From NCBI RefSeq assembly GCF_036321535.1, contig NC_087437.1:6758001-6822000 (forward strand): a DNA stretch of 64,000 nucleotides, written 5' to 3'. A program made the translations under genes and the position numbers. The stretch is from Camelus dromedarius (taxonomy: Eukaryota). The notes beneath the pieces were generated by a model. That model was not told where the DNA came from. It was given only the letters and a program-made list of their open reading frames with translations, and ran no database searches. Shown here piece after piece: positions 1 through 13,263 of the stretch (its first letter is position 1; every line of letters starts with the position of its first letter).

Positions 1-169
1 TTGCTAGAAGATGGGGAACAGGGTCTGGGGGGTGGGAATTCCAAAGATGCAAAAAGGATGTCCTGTTCTCTTAAATAGCCTCAACTCTATCAGGAAAGAT
101 AAAACAAATGAGTTGGGTACAGTGAAGCCAAATAGGAAGGTGCATGCTACTAGGAAGGTAGCAGGAAAA

Positions 170-300
170 GCTTTGGATGAGCTGAGTGAAGAGCTATTTT
201 CATTGTTAGGTGAGTTTACATATCTGTAGAATGGAAATAAGAACAGTATTTATCTCATATAGCTGTTTTGAGGATTGATATTAAAGCAATTATAATATTA
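170..300 (+). mobile_element. MIR SINE fragment
   Basis: Degenerate MIR core: ...atatctgtagaatggaaataagaacagtatttatctcatatagctgttttgaggattga. Confidence 0.65.
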
Positions 301-1670
301 TTAATCACTATTGTTAGTAGCAGGATGTCTAGTTCTCATCTTCCAAAATATTGTCCTCTAAAATTTTTTTATCCTCTAATATTATTATTCTTCTTATTGC
401 TATAATCATCTTTTATGTTATTATTTTACTTTTTATAGCCAATGCTAAGTTATATTTTCCCACATTTAATCATTTAGTTTATTTGCTCTCCATTACTTCC
501 TCCATTGCTTCTTCTGAGTTCAATTTATTTTCTTGCTGAAGTAGATCCTTCAGTTGTGCTTAGAGGGAGTTATTTTTATAATATAAACTTTCTCATCTTT
601 TCTTGTCTAAAAATGTATTCATTTTGCTCTCAAGCTTTAACCATACTTTATCTTGGTACAGAATTCTGAGTTGATGGTTATTTTCCCTCAGCACTTTAGA
701 ATTATTATTTTATTATCTTTTACCTGTATTATTGTGGGTAGAAATATGCAGTTTCTTTGGAAACATTAGTCATTTCTCTCTGATTGTTTTCATAGTTTAC
801 AATTCTCTGTTGACATTCTCCATTTGTTTCCTAATAGTGTTTAAGTTTTCCTTCATATCCTTGAACATATTTATATTTTCTGTTTGAAAGTCCTCTGCTA
901 ATTTCATCATTTTTTTTCATTTTAGTCTTTGTATTGACCATTTTTTCTTTTTATTATAAGTCAAATGTTCTTGCTACTTCCCATGGCAAAAATAATACAG
1001 TAATTTCTGATAGTATGCAAGACATTGTCAATCAAACATTCTTGAATGTCTAGATTTTGTCATCTTTCTTTAAAGAGTCTTGAGGTTTTTTCCTGGAAGG
1101 CAGTTAATTTACTTGAGGTTCATCTTGACATATTCAAGGCTTGTTCTAAAATTTGGTGAGTGGGCTTTCCTCTAGGCTTAGACTAAATCTATTTCCAATG
1201 TGTAGTCTGTTTAGGATCTTTACTAAACTCTTAGGGTGTTCATTTGAGTTTTACTACCTTCATTATTTGAAACCAAAACAATTATTCAGGCCTATGTGAT
1301 CTCCAGAATCTTCTATGTAACTGTTCTTTTCTCAATAATTGTTCTTCGCCCAGTCTCTTGAAGTTTCACCCTGTGCACACGTGCAACTTAGTATTTTACC
1401 GGAAGTTCCAGGAAAGCTCTGTGCAAGTTCAAGAGCTATTTTTCTATGTAATTACTCTTCTTTTGTACTTTGCCCTCCATATTCCATTTACCTCAGGAGC
1501 CCTGATTCTGACCTTTGTTGGCTCAGCTCAGTGAGACTTCAGTTCCCTGCCTGGATCTCTCCTGCCTGCACCACAGTCTGAAAAGTGCTTCTGGACAGTA
1601 AGCTGAGGTGATGACATTTTTTTTCTCTCTCAAGGATCACAGTCACTTCTTTTTATTGTCCAGTGTCTGA

Positions 1671-1843
1671 GGGGGAGGGTGTAGCTCAAGTGGTAGTGTG
1701 TGTGCTTAGCATGCATGAAGTCCTGGGTTCAATCCGCAGTACCTCCTCTAAAAATAGATAAATAAATAAAATTAATCACCCCCCAACAAAAAATAAAATT
1801 AAAAAAATGAACGAATTAATAAAAATTTAAGAAATATATTTTA
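1671..1843 (+). mobile_element. tRNA-derived camelid-type SINE (vic-1-like), copy 1
   Basis: gggggagggtgtagctcaagtggtag (A box) ... gtcctgggttcaatcc (B box) ... cagtacctcc, then AAATAAA repeats and A-rich tail. Confidence 0.9.
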
Positions 1844-2005
1844 GGGAAAGGGTATAGCTCAGTGGCAGAAGTGCATGCCTAGCATGCACCAGGTCCTGGA
1901 TTCAGTCTCCAGTACCTCCATCAAATCAGTCAACCAATCAATCGATCGATCAGTCGATCTAGTTACCCCCCCAAAAAACAAAACAGCAACAACAACAACA
2001 ACAAA
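1844..2005 (+). mobile_element. tRNA-derived camelid-type SINE (vic-1-like), copy 2, head-to-tail with copy 1
   Basis: gggaaagggtatagctcagtggcag...ggtcctggattcagtctccagtacctcc; (caa)n tail; gtctga flanks the pair (1665-1670, 2006-2011). Confidence 0.9.
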
Positions 2006-3367
2006 GTCTGAAAACAGTTGTTTTATATATTTTGTCTAGTTCCAAAGCAGCTTGCTCAATCTTGAATGGAAGCAGAAGTCCTGTTGTTGCTTTCAAAATT
2101 CCTACCATTTTGCCTTCGATTTCAATATGTACAAGGCCAAATATATTTTATACTCATGCTGTTTTGAAGTCAGAGGACTTCTTAAATCTTCAGTTCATGT
2201 TTTCCTTCTAACTGAAAAATTTCATCCATTTTTCCTTTAAATATTATCTTTTCCTCATTATGTTTATTTCTTCTTCTGAAAATTCTACTAGACTTATGTT
2301 GGAGTTTTTTCTAGCCTATGTGTCTCATAAACTCTCCCTTATAGTTTACTTTGTTTATTTTTTGTGTGTTTTATTCTGAATAATTTCTTCACTTTAATTC
2401 AGTTTTCTAATTCTCTCCTTAGCCTTATCCATTCTGCCTCTGACTTATTCTCTGAGATTTAAGCTCAATGACTGTAATTTTTCTTTCTGACTGTTTTATT
2501 TGATTATTTATTTTATCTGCTGATTTTGAAATAGAATCCTGGTCTTTCATTATGGTTTATATTTATTGTTTTGAGTCTTTAATTCTTTTAAATATTATTT
2601 TTAAAGTTCCTTTCAGATCTTTTTCTATTATATCTGTCTGCTTTACCTTCTGTATCTTTCTGATGGTGAATTGTTTCCTCAAAATGTTTGAATTTTTAAA
2701 TTATATCGTGAGTTTGTCTTCAGCAGAGACACTTTTTCTTTGTGGGAATCTTACATGCTTTGGGTTATATAAATGTCTCTGAAGAATGGCTTTGTGTTTC
2801 TTCTATCAGGGGCCCAGCTGTGTAGGGCCAAAGCCATCATTACTTTAGGAAAATATTTATATTGATTGACTATTTTGGCCTTTCTTCACCATTTATTACA
2901 CCTAAACTTAGACTTCACACCTGCATGTGGCACAGGTTTGAGGTCTTAATTTCTCACTGGAGAATTTTTTTTTTTTTTCTCACTAAGAGCTCTGAGCAGA
3001 TAATAAAATGCTTTCTGGGTCAACCAGATTTTCTCATCTCTCCCCATCCCCCCCCCCCCCAAAGAAATCATTGTTTGGGTCTTCAGTTCTAATTCCTCCA
3101 CTTGTGTAGGATTAAGGCCACACATCCCCACACCAAGTGAGATCTGATAATTTCCAGGCTGGAATGGCACTGGCTTGATGTTTGGTCTTTCAGATCCTTC
3201 TTTGTTTCTAACCTCTTGATGATTTCATCTTCTCTTTTACATTTGACTGTGACATTTAAAATACACTGTTGTTTGTTCAACATTTCTCTATTCTTGGTGT
3301 TGATAGGGAGAGAGAACAGGGATAGAATGATCAGTTCAGATATCAAGTAGCTGCAAGTTGATCCCTA

Positions 3368-3520
3368 GTGTAAAACGAAGTAACAATTGTATCTGCTTCG
3401 TAAGGTTTTTTTGTGAGGGTTAAGCAAGTGACTACTTGTGACACACTTAGAATCATGTGTATTCTAATATAAGTATTACTATTGTTATTATATTATTATT
3501 ATTATTGGCCTCAGTTTCTT
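3368..3520 (+). mobile_element. MIR SINE fragment
   Basis: tgtaaaacg...tgtgagggttaag...cacttagaatc followed by (tta)n tail. Confidence 0.6.
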
Positions 3521-3579
3521 TATACTTCACAGTGCTTCACACTGAATTTCAAGCCTATGGCTTGAATTTTATTAAGTAG

Positions 3580-3880
3580 GTAGTGAGAAAGCATTGGCAG
3601 ATTTGGGGCAGATTTTAAACTGGATTAAGGCTGAGCCCTAGGAAGATTAATCTGGGGTCAAGTATAAGATGAATTGAAAAAGGAGAGTCTGGAGATCAGG
3701 AAATGAGTTAGAAATCTATTACCAGAGTGCAGGTGCAAGATAATGCAGGCACAGATCACAAAAGTTGGGTCAGTAATAATGACGAAAAAGAGACAGACCC
3801 AAAGATACTGTACATGTTATTAATGGGGGCTGTGGGTAGAATGGATAAGACCTGGCAGTCAATTTAATGGGATTAGGGTG
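3580..3880 (-). mobile_element. LINE-2 fragment
   Basis: Purine-rich antisense L2 pattern (ggaagattaatctgg...gagtctggagatcaggaaatgagttagaaatctatt...). Confidence 0.55.
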
Positions 3881-3966
3881 GAGTAATGTATACATAATTA
3901 TATGAATTAATTCAACAAGTATTTGGTGAATTTTCATAGCCAGAAACAGCTGATCACAATAAATGG

Positions 3967-3993
3967 TAATAATAAATAATAATAATAATAATA
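3967..3993 (+). repeat. (TAA)n microsatellite
   Basis: taataataaataataataataataata. Confidence 0.85.
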
Positions 3994-4485
3994 CAGATTA
4001 AAATGGCTGTAAGTTTTGGACCCTCTTCCCATCATTGGCTGAGGTCCAATTTTCCTCACCTTGGATCTGGACTAGTTTTCAAGAATCAGTTGTAACCAGT
4101 AGAATGTGGTATAAGTGAAGGGATGTGACTTCTGAAACTAGGTCAGGAAAAGTGTGCAGTTTCCAGCTGGGTCTCTTATAACACTCACTTTGGGATGCTG
4201 CCTTTCAGAATGTAGCCATGATGCTGTGAGAAGCTAAGGGCACATGAAAAGGACATGCTTTTTTAGGATGCTCTAATTGGCAGCATCAACATCCACTGCT
4301 GCCTTGTGAATGAGCCATTTAGGATATTCAACCCAATTAAGCCTTCAGATGACCCTTGGCCTCTATCCAACTACAAGTGTGCAACAGGCTCCAAACGAGA
4401 GACACCCACCAGAGTCCTTCCAGAAAGTCATGAGCAAAATAAAATGATTGGGCTAATTTGTTACACAGCAATAGGCAACTAGGAT
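3994..4485 (+). mobile_element. MaLR solo LTR (MLT1G/H-like)
   Basis: gattaaaatggctg...ctcttcccat...gaatgtggtataagtga...tgacttctgaaactaggtca; ends taatttgttacacagcaatag. Confidence 0.8.
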
Positions 4486-4509
4486 AAATGGTTAACATAA
4501 GTTAAATTA

Positions 4510-4718
4510 AACAATGTACCATTTACTGTGATGAACACATCATATTTCCTCAAATAATCTTATCAATAATTTCATTACTCTTACTTAAAGATCAAAAAAC
4601 TGAAGTTCAGGGAGTTTTAAATCAACTTGCTCCTGATTGTACAGTTAGGAGGTGGTGGAGCTAGGGTTGGAAATGAGGTCAAAGTTACTACTAGGTCTAT
4701 ACTTCAAACCACTATGCT
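4510..4718 (-). mobile_element. MIR SINE
   Basis: aaactgaagttcagggagttttaaatcaacttgctcc...acagttaggaggtggtggagctaggg, antisense MIR core. Confidence 0.7.
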
Positions 4719-5165
4719 TGTTTCAGCCCAGATTCTTCCAAAAACCAGCTCTGGGACAAAGGTTCAAGTTCAAGTAGTTTATCTGGAATCTGATCACATT
4801 AAAAACCAGTAGGGTTGGAAAAAGTTGAAACAGGGAAGGGAAGGAAGCCAATAAGGATGTGTTATGAAGTAAGTTCATGGCTGTTGGTCAGCTGGAGCTC
4901 AGTCCTGCTGGGGCGTCAAGGGAGACAGTGCAGAACGTGCTTCAGAGTTATCTCAGCCGAGCGTGAGGGAGCTGGAGTATTTATCCTCTAAAACTTTATT
5001 CATGATTGGTTGGGGGCTGTTTCTAAGGGTACTAACTCTCTGGCACTTCTGGTTTGACCTGACAATTGGCTGACATGGCTCCCTGACCAGAAAAGAGCCC
5101 CCAGGGAGAGAGCCACAGGTGTTTGCAATAAGCAACCTTCAGGTGTAGACATGAATGATGAGGCA
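4719..5165 (-). mobile_element. ERVL solo LTR (LTR16-like)
   Basis: gacaaaggttcaagttcaagtagtttatctgg...cagggaagggaaggaagccaataa...ctggagctcagtcctgctgggg. Confidence 0.75.
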
Positions 5166-5299
5166 TAGGGCTGGTGATGACAGCCCCTGCCTGCAATGCT
5201 ATCATCCTCACACTCTTCCTGGTCCACAGATCTCAATTATAGAAATCACAGAAAAGGCAGAAACAACAAATAAAAGAGCTCTTTCCTCCCCCCCCCCAC

Positions 5300-6090
5300 T
5301 TTTTAAAATTGAAGGATAGTTGATTTACAATGTTGTGATAGTTTCATGTGTACATCAAAGTGATTCAGTTTATATATACATATATATATACTTTTTTTTC
5401 TTTTTCAGATTCTTTTCCATTATAGGTTATTACAGGTATTGAATATAGTTCCCTGCCATATACAGAAGGTCCTTGTTGTTTATCTACTTTTATATAGTAA
5501 TGTGCATATGTTAATCCCAAATTTCTAATTTTTCCTTTCCTGCCCTTTCCCTTTTGGTAACCATTGTTTGGTTTCTATGTCTGTGAGCCTATTTCTGGTT
5601 CATACAAATAAGTTCATTTGTATCTTTTTTTTCTGATTCTACATATAAGTGATATCACATATGATATTTGTCTTTCTCTCTCTGACTTACTTCACTTCAT
5701 ATGATAACCTCAAGGTCCATCCATGTTGCTTCATATGGCATTATTTTATTCTTTTTACGGCTGAGTAGTATTCCATTGCATAAATATACCACAGCTTCTT
5801 TATCCAGTCATCTGTCAATGGGCATTTAGGTTGCTTCCATGTCTTGACTATTGTAATTAGTGCTGCTATGAACAATGGGGTACACGTATCTTTTCAAATT
5901 AGAGTTCCCTCTGGTTATATGCCCAGGAGTGGGATTGCCAGATCATATGGTAACTCTATTTTTTGTTTTCTAAGGAACCTCCATACTATTCTCCATAGTG
6001 GCTGCACCAACTTACATTTCCACCAGTAATGTAGGAGGGTTCCCTTTTCTTCACACCATCTACAGCATTTACCTTTTGTAGACTTTTTGA
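5300..6090 (-). mobile_element. Young LINE-1 3' fragment (ORF2 C-terminus + 3'UTR), 5'-truncated
   Basis: Reverse complement closely matches the copies at 30775-31547 and 56230-56967; tagttgatttacaatgttgtg 3' terminus. Confidence 0.95.
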
Positions 6091-7459
6091 AAAAATTTCC
6101 TCCTTAGGGTGCTGTCATTTGAGGGAATTTGTGGGTGTGTGTGCATGTGTGTCTGTGAGCATAAAAGCAAATGTGCTCAGAATTGGCAAAAGTGCAGGGA
6201 GTAGTGAGCCTATGCCCCACTTTGGAAATGGCAAAGAAGTGGAGAAACAGAGTTAGTCTCTCTACTTGGGCTGAGTGGTGTCTTTCCATTCATCTGCTTA
6301 TTTGTGTAACTTTCCACCAACCCTGGGGTGTACATATCTGGCTTAGAGGTGGTCGCTTGTGGTTAGGAGAAAAGGTGAGTATTCATTTTATGGTCCATTT
6401 ATTAGATGCTTAATTCCACCTACAATCAGCTGAAAAACTGGTGTGGTGAGCTGAGGCTGCCTCAGCTGCCAGCCACATCCTCACAAAGCACTAAAGTTGA
6501 AGCTATGGAAGTTGGAGACTTAGAAAACTCAACTGTTGTGAAAATCACTCCAAATTTGTTCTTATCTCGCTCGCAGTTTCCTTTATGTTGTAAACACATA
6601 ATCACGTGTAAAATACACACTCACTATAATCATTTGTTTTTTCCTCTTCAAGTGGCATTTTAGAATCTGGAGGAGCAAAGAATGTATAAATTAATTTCAT
6701 CATGAATAATTTGTAGTTTGAGGCTGAATCCCTGACTTTTAGAACATGAAGATGAGAATGATGGTCAAAGACAGTAGTTAAATGAATATTTGAATGGTAT
6801 TAAATCATCTTAACCACAAATCCATTAATTATAAAGTTCCCACTTCATATTAGGGTTAAATATTAAGGTCAAAGGGAAAATGATGTGAATAAATATGTCA
6901 TTCCTGATAAATACAGTTCCAGGTCCTAAAAATTAATAGATAGCAAGCTTAATGGAAGCAAAAGTCTCTATTTTTACAGTGTGCATTCATTTAGCTGCTC
7001 CCTACACATATACATGAAAATGATCTTCAGCTCATTGATTGGAAATAGTATGTGTCTCCTATTTTGCCTGCCTGGAATACATCTTCATGTGCTCTTTTCC
7101 GAGGGTAAACTACTTTTTCTTTTTTTTCTCAGCCTTGTGGGATGGAAAACAAAGCCATGGTCTCACAAGGAATAGCATTGAAGTGCATGGGCCAAGCCAA
7201 AGTGTGTTAGTTCAGTTGAAAGGAATGTTGAGGTTTAATGAGTTTGGAGAGTTGAGAATATTCCTAGACAAAGTTTGGTTGACATGGAAGTAAATGAAAA
7301 GGCAAAGAAGAAATAGAACAGGAGTGACTCTTGGACATTTTTCAGAGGCAAATATATATACTACTTTTTAATCCATCAGTCCAAATATTTCCTCTCCTCA
7401 CGTTGTGCCATATGCTTAATCCACCACGACAAAGACCAGAGCAACAAGGATTAACCTTG

Positions 7460-7630
7460 AGGTCAGGAGAATCTGTTACTGAATCTGTCACACAGTAGCT
7501 GTGTGACCTTGAGCAAATCATATCACTGCCCTGGGCCTCCCCCCTCCAAGCAAAGAAAACAAAAAACAAGAACCACGAAGGGTGTGGGGAGTCTTTAAAG
7601 TTCTTTCCAGCATTGTGGATCTATAAAATG
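7460..7630 (+). mobile_element. MIR (MIR3-like) fragment
   Basis: tagctgtgtgaccttgagcaaatcatatcactgccctgggcctc...tctttaaagttctttccagc. Confidence 0.7.
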
Positions 7631-9739
7631 CTACTTAACAGAAGCTTCGCCTGGAACGAAATTAAATCCAAAAGGAAAATAGCTTTTGTAATCATATCCG
7701 AACATTTAATTTGTCATTTGCTTTATGACATATGCATGAGGCTTATTTAAAATATCTCTACAAGGTTAATTACCAGTGCAGAATACAACGATTGTTGTCG
7801 GTAGTACAATATTTTGTTAGGCATGTGTGACAACATTGCAAAGGGGATCAGCTGCACGATTGTTTGCGAGTTGGCGTCCCCTTCGTTTAAAATGGCCATG
7901 GTCCTAAACATGTGTTCCTCCTCTCCCCTACCTCTATGGACAAAGTATGTTTCATTAAAAACAAAAACTCAAAAAAAAAAAAAAAAGAACCTTATCAACA
8001 ATTTATTGCATGCTTTAGGAAGCATACAAAACGTATGCAACACAGGGGACAAAGTTTTCAGGTGGCGCTGATGTGAGTAAACAGAAGCCTGTAAGTGCTT
8101 TGTAAGGAGCCATTAGCTTATTCAAATCACTCACAAAAAGCTTGTCCCAAACTTAGAGGGATGCTTCAACTGGTTAAAGGATGATGTCGAAAAGGATCAA
8201 TTACTTGTTTAAATACTTAGAATGATTCCTCGCCTTGTAATAAAATCAGTTCCTTAAAAGTAACTCTGTAAACTCACTTTTCGAATAACCCACAAATAGC
8301 ACCTTAATATCTAAAGAGGGCTGACTTACGGTCACCATTACCACGGTTTTGGATACACAATGTCGATTTTCACATGCAGAAGGAAATTTGTCAGAGCATT
8401 TCACTAGACTAAGAAAATACAGGCACCTACCTGCAATTAACACTCTTTCCCCAGGAAGATCTCACTTCTCTTTCCTCTGGGGAGAGTAAAACCCTTTGTC
8501 ACTTGAAGAATATTGAAGAAATGCCATAAAAAGCAAATGCCAATTTTTCTGAGATTGTTAACAATGGTGAATATCATGTTTATTTTTATTGAAATTATCT
8601 CTTTTCATTTATATGACCCTAAATAAAATGTGCTACTGTAGAAGACGGGCATTTATGTCAGTGCGAACATACTAACACATACATTTTGTCATAGTGCAAT
8701 GTGGACTGTTTATTCCAGCAGAATATTTAGACTTTAGTCTGCCTTCTTGCAACATAAAATGCCAGTAGCTGAAAAGTCTCATGATTTGGACAAGGAGTTT
8801 AATCCTTATGGCCTTTCCAGGAAGTGCTTATAGTTGGAGATTCAGTTCAGGTTGGAAGCCATGTTGGCTTTGGGTCTGATTAAGGTCGTCGTGGCCTAGA
8901 CTAGAAGGCGTTTCCTCTTAGTTTCTCTGAAAAGTGACCTGGTTAAGTGGGGTCAAAGTAATGCTCATTTGTGCAGCTGCAGAGAGATTGTTTTACATGT
9001 GCTGTGTACACTCTGCTGTTGTATTAAGAACAAATAATTTGACACTTTATGTCAGCCATTGACCAGAAAGAAAACGTGATAAAATACTATAAAGTAGGAG
9101 GAAGAAAGTAACCAGTCCGGTAGAGTCAATGAAAGCAGGGCAAGTTGGGTTTTATCTTTGTTCTGCAATGGCTTCAGCCTTTGTCTGATGCTTGTCTCTA
9201 ATGTCTGTACTCAGACATTCTTCTCTTGTATCAAATTCGTGTATTAACTGCCAGGAAGAAAAGAAGGAAATCAAAATGAAACCATAACTCTCAATCGAAC
9301 TGCAGAGTATTTTCTTTTTTTAAACCTAAGTGATAGAAAGGAACTGGAACAAGCACTTAGAAAATTACCCACACTTGTTTGAATGAAATGTTTTCCACCT
9401 TTAGACCCATGGTTCAATTCCTTACAATCAAAATTCTTTCCAAATGTGGCTATGCCTGCAGAGTTAAATGAAAAAAAGGATTCACATCATTATTTGAATA
9501 ATGTACGTTATTATCACCTGCACAGGACTCCATCCTGTGATGCACCAACATTTCACAATGTCCTATCGTGGGGTATTTTAGGCAGTTTGCTACACTCCCC
9601 CCATCTTGGACTAGTATTAATATGATGTCTGAATATCTTTGTTGGATAAGTGAATAATTCAATGAATGAATGAAAGATAGACAAACAGTTTCCACTACCC
9701 AGAATGTACAAACAAGAGATGTAACCCCTCAGGGGTCCT

Positions 9740-10140
9740 AGGACTTGAAACCATCCACTCTGCAGCCACAGAAAGCTGGCTCCCCTGGTAGCTGATTTCT
9801 AGGTGGGTTCGGCACAGGGAGGGACCACTGGCAGAGTGTCAAGGGAAGAGCAGTCGAGGATTGGTGAATATTTCTTCCCAGCTCTCCCTCCCAGCAGGGT
9901 TATCTCAGGTTGGCTGTCTCCCTTGACCCTGCCGTGGCGGCCATCTGTACATGGCCCTCCTCATTCTGGGAACTGTTCCCTCTCCTCTGCTCTCAGGTCT
10001 AGGGCTGGTGGTCGCGCTGTAGTCACCGCCTCCTGGGTCCTGGCAGTCTCCCTACACCCTCAAAGTGTATCAGACCCTCCTCAAAGCGATCTCATCTGAA
10101 TGTGCAATCTGTTTCCTGTTGCGACACTGAAGCGTTAACA
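9740..10140 (+). mobile_element. ERVL solo LTR (LTR33-like)
   Basis: ggtgggttcggc...ccactggcagag...tatttcttccc...; ends tgaatgtgcaatctgtttcctgttg. Confidence 0.65.
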
Positions 10141-11782
10141 GTGTGGACTACATGGTAACTCTGTCATGTTAGGAAGGGACCCAAACCAACGTTTTGTTCT
10201 TTTATCTGCTCTGTGTCTGATGTGGTGGTGGTGACATTTTTACCTCCAACAATAGTATGTTCTTAGAAGTATTTCTCATAAATGGGCAAAGTGTTATTGA
10301 ATGGATCAATACACTGAATTATTAAGTCAAAAAGTTACAAAACCACACGTATTATATTCTATTATATTATATTAGATGTGTTATTATGTTATAGTATGCT
10401 ACACTACATCATATTATACCAATCTTTTATTAAAACTATAGAACACATGAACATTTCTGAGAAGGTGCATTGTTGGAGACTTCAATTTTCTTCCCTGATT
10501 TTGTTCTTCACTTTTCAAATTTTCTACAATAAATACATGCTTTTTTTGTCAATAAGTATTTTAAAATTATTAACCAAATGAGCAGAATACCAAAATTATA
10601 TTAAGGCTTCTATACCAACTACAAAGAATACAGACTTGAACGAGCCTTGACATCTAGGGTGCTGTTTACACATGTGCCGATGTGTTCTTTTTCTCAGTAG
10701 AGTTCTCCAAAGAGGTGTTTCTGCCTCGAAGGAGGTGCCAAGGCCCCAAGTCCCAGATGGTTGCTTGCATTCCCATGTAAGACCCTGAACTGTTTTGCCC
10801 CACTTGTCTCAGATCACACCCCTCCGAGTTCTTTTCCCTTCTTATGTCCCTCTCTGCCCTTTTGGTTCCACAGTAAGAGCCTCACTCTGGCTTCTTCCTC
10901 GCCTGGTCCTGCCTCTAGCGATGCCCATGCCCGGTGGGATCCTTGGACTTGCCTCATCATCCTCCATCTTGGTTCTGCTTCCTGACTCCTGACCACACCT
11001 GTCTCTTCTGCTCTGTGTTTCTGTGAGGGTCTTCATGGTCACTCCCCTGAATTCAGGGTGGTCCCCATCCCCTCCTCTTCCATACTTCACCATCATGGGC
11101 CAGCTTCCCCCAAATCTGTATCATCCACGTGGGTAGGGCTTGGGTGGTCTGATTCATAACGTGTACCTTGGATTTTATACAAAGTCCTGACTTTCTCTGA
11201 GAGAGAAGCCTTTCTGTTGAGTATGATCTGTGGCGGGTGGGTTCTAGGATAATTTTCCATGTGCCTGAGTGAAGCCGTGTGGGGTTTCACTGCTTAGTCA
11301 TTTCATGTTGTAAGTGCAGTAAACCAGCATAACATAGGTGGAAGCGTCATGCTCTTCATGTCCTTTTTCCTGACATGTCTCAACAGTTTGCAAAATCGAT
11401 GATTAGCACTTCATGAAGTTCTGTGCCTTTTCTCTATGGGACACATGCATTTGTGGATCCAAAACTGGGATATTTTTTTAAAAATCTGATTATTCCCAAT
11501 GAGGAAAAATGTAAGCAAATGAGGAAAAATCACATGGTGAAAATGATCAAGGATATAGAGCAGCTTCTGAACAAAATAAGAGACTAGTCCTCCTTGATCT
11601 TAGACATATGGTAAGGTCATTATGAAAGTTTATGAAATCCTGAACTAAATATGGAAGAATTTGCCAACTTTTAGACTATTCCCTCTTGAAGCTAGTAAAT
11701 GCAGTATTTGGAAAAACAAAAAGGAATTCTATAAAATTGACACTCTTTACCCTAAAAGGGACTCTATCACATGTAATATTTT

Positions 11783-12210
11783 TGTAGTAGGTTCTGGCAA
11801 CATTCTGCGCATATCCCGTCAGGACCTCTCACCCTATGTGTGTGCATGCCAGCCTGACTGCTAGCAGCCAGCACCTGCGCCTTTGTCAGTGGACTATCCG
11901 TGGGTCAAAATAACCCACTTTGTCCTAGTGATGTGTCTGGGAATAAACATAACCTCTGAGGCATTCCTTAACAGCTATGGGGGGACAAGTATCCTAACTC
12001 CCTTGTCCCTTAACTGATATTTCACACTGTATCTCACGTAAGCCCTGGGATTAAGCATCCCATTATAGTAACTGGCTTAAGAATGCACTCCCATTGGCCA
12101 TCTTTCCTTCCCCGTGTTACCTAACTACTGGTACACCAGTTACCCCCACCTCTCAGATAAACCAAGTGCACAAATCCTTATTCTGCTTCCTAAGGGAACC
12201 AGAACATTAC
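11783..12210 (+). mobile_element. ERVL solo LTR (LTR16-like)
   Basis: tgtagtagg...gcacctgcgcctttg...ctcccttgtccct...ataaacc...caaatcct...tctgcttcctaagggaacc. Confidence 0.65.
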
Positions 12211-13263
12211 CAGCAAGGCTACTGAGGTTGTGGCCCAACTTTGAAGGATCATGGTAGATTCCTGCTGTGTAGATTCCTTCCTTGTAGATTGTCTCTTCCT
12301 ATCCCCACTTGCCAGTGTAGACAGCACTCAGTAGGAAGGAGGCTGCTGAAACAGCCTGCTGGCTCTCGTGTCCTTCTAAGAAATATTCCATTGTTCTTTT
12401 TGGTAGTGGTCATATTTTGTTAGTGAGGAACTACGGATACTAAATTTGGAAACCAAACCTTAACATCTGATGGAAAGTTTGGATCTGGTCGGATTCAGAA
12501 CGGCATGTCGCCATCTTTATTTCTACCACAGAAAAACAGTGGGCAGGACTGTCAAACAGCAGGCTTTATTGGTTACACAGTCCAGCCCACTACTTAGGAA
12601 TAAGAGCAAGTTATTTATTAAACATTCACTTGACTAACAGTGGCTTAAGAGAAGAAAAATATTCCCCTCGAGGGAAACAAAGTTTCATGAAACCCCAAAG
12701 TTCTTAAAGGTCTAAGCCTTTCAAAAATCTCCAATTCTGTCTTGCTTTTCCTCTTCTTGTTAATGGTAACACTTCATCACACATTTCACTTTAGACCAAG
12801 CATCGTCATTGCGTAAATACTCTGTAATGAGCAGCAACTCATGGGTCTATATGCACATATCGCACTGTATTTATAAACTTGCCCTTAAATATTTACACTT
12901 GAAAATGTTAGGCGATTACCCATTGCCCTTTTCCCCCTTTTCTTTTCTCTCATTTTTTTTTTCAGAAGCAATATACATAAGGGTGATGAACACCTCTTTC
13001 TGCATGGTATATCTAGTGTTCTCTGTGTATGCACGTGCATGTGTGTGTGTGCACGTGTGTGTAAGTGATTGGATGTGACTGTGGGGAGAGAATAAGAATT
13101 ATAGAGGAAGCAAGGTGGATTGAACTTGAGAGAGAAAGGTTATGCTAGGGAAACAATGTTTTGAGACGCAAACTTTAAAGGACTTTATCTTAAATAAATC
13201 AAGTATGATGCAAAGTATGGAGAAAACTGAACTGGAACGCTAATGCTCATCGAGTGTTTAGAA

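Larger units (their letters stand above)
340..3340 (-). mobile_element. Ancient LINE-1 (L1M/L1ME-like) 5'/ORF1-region relics, probably nested fragments, interrupted by two SINEs
   Basis: Strongly T-rich plus strand with antisense L1 phrases (e.g. tacagaattctgagttgatggttattttccctcagcacttt; ccagtgtctga|aaacagttgttttatatattttgtc split by the SINE pair); no intact ORF. Confidence 0.7.

Noticed and set aside
5844..6029. ORFs at 5844-6029, 56141-56350, 58618-58821, 58846-59076 and 59747-59971
   Set aside because: Antisense translations of L1 sequence.
10352..10420. (ATTAT/GTTAT)n pentamer run
   Set aside because: Ordinary decayed simple repeat, probably within an old L1 3' end.
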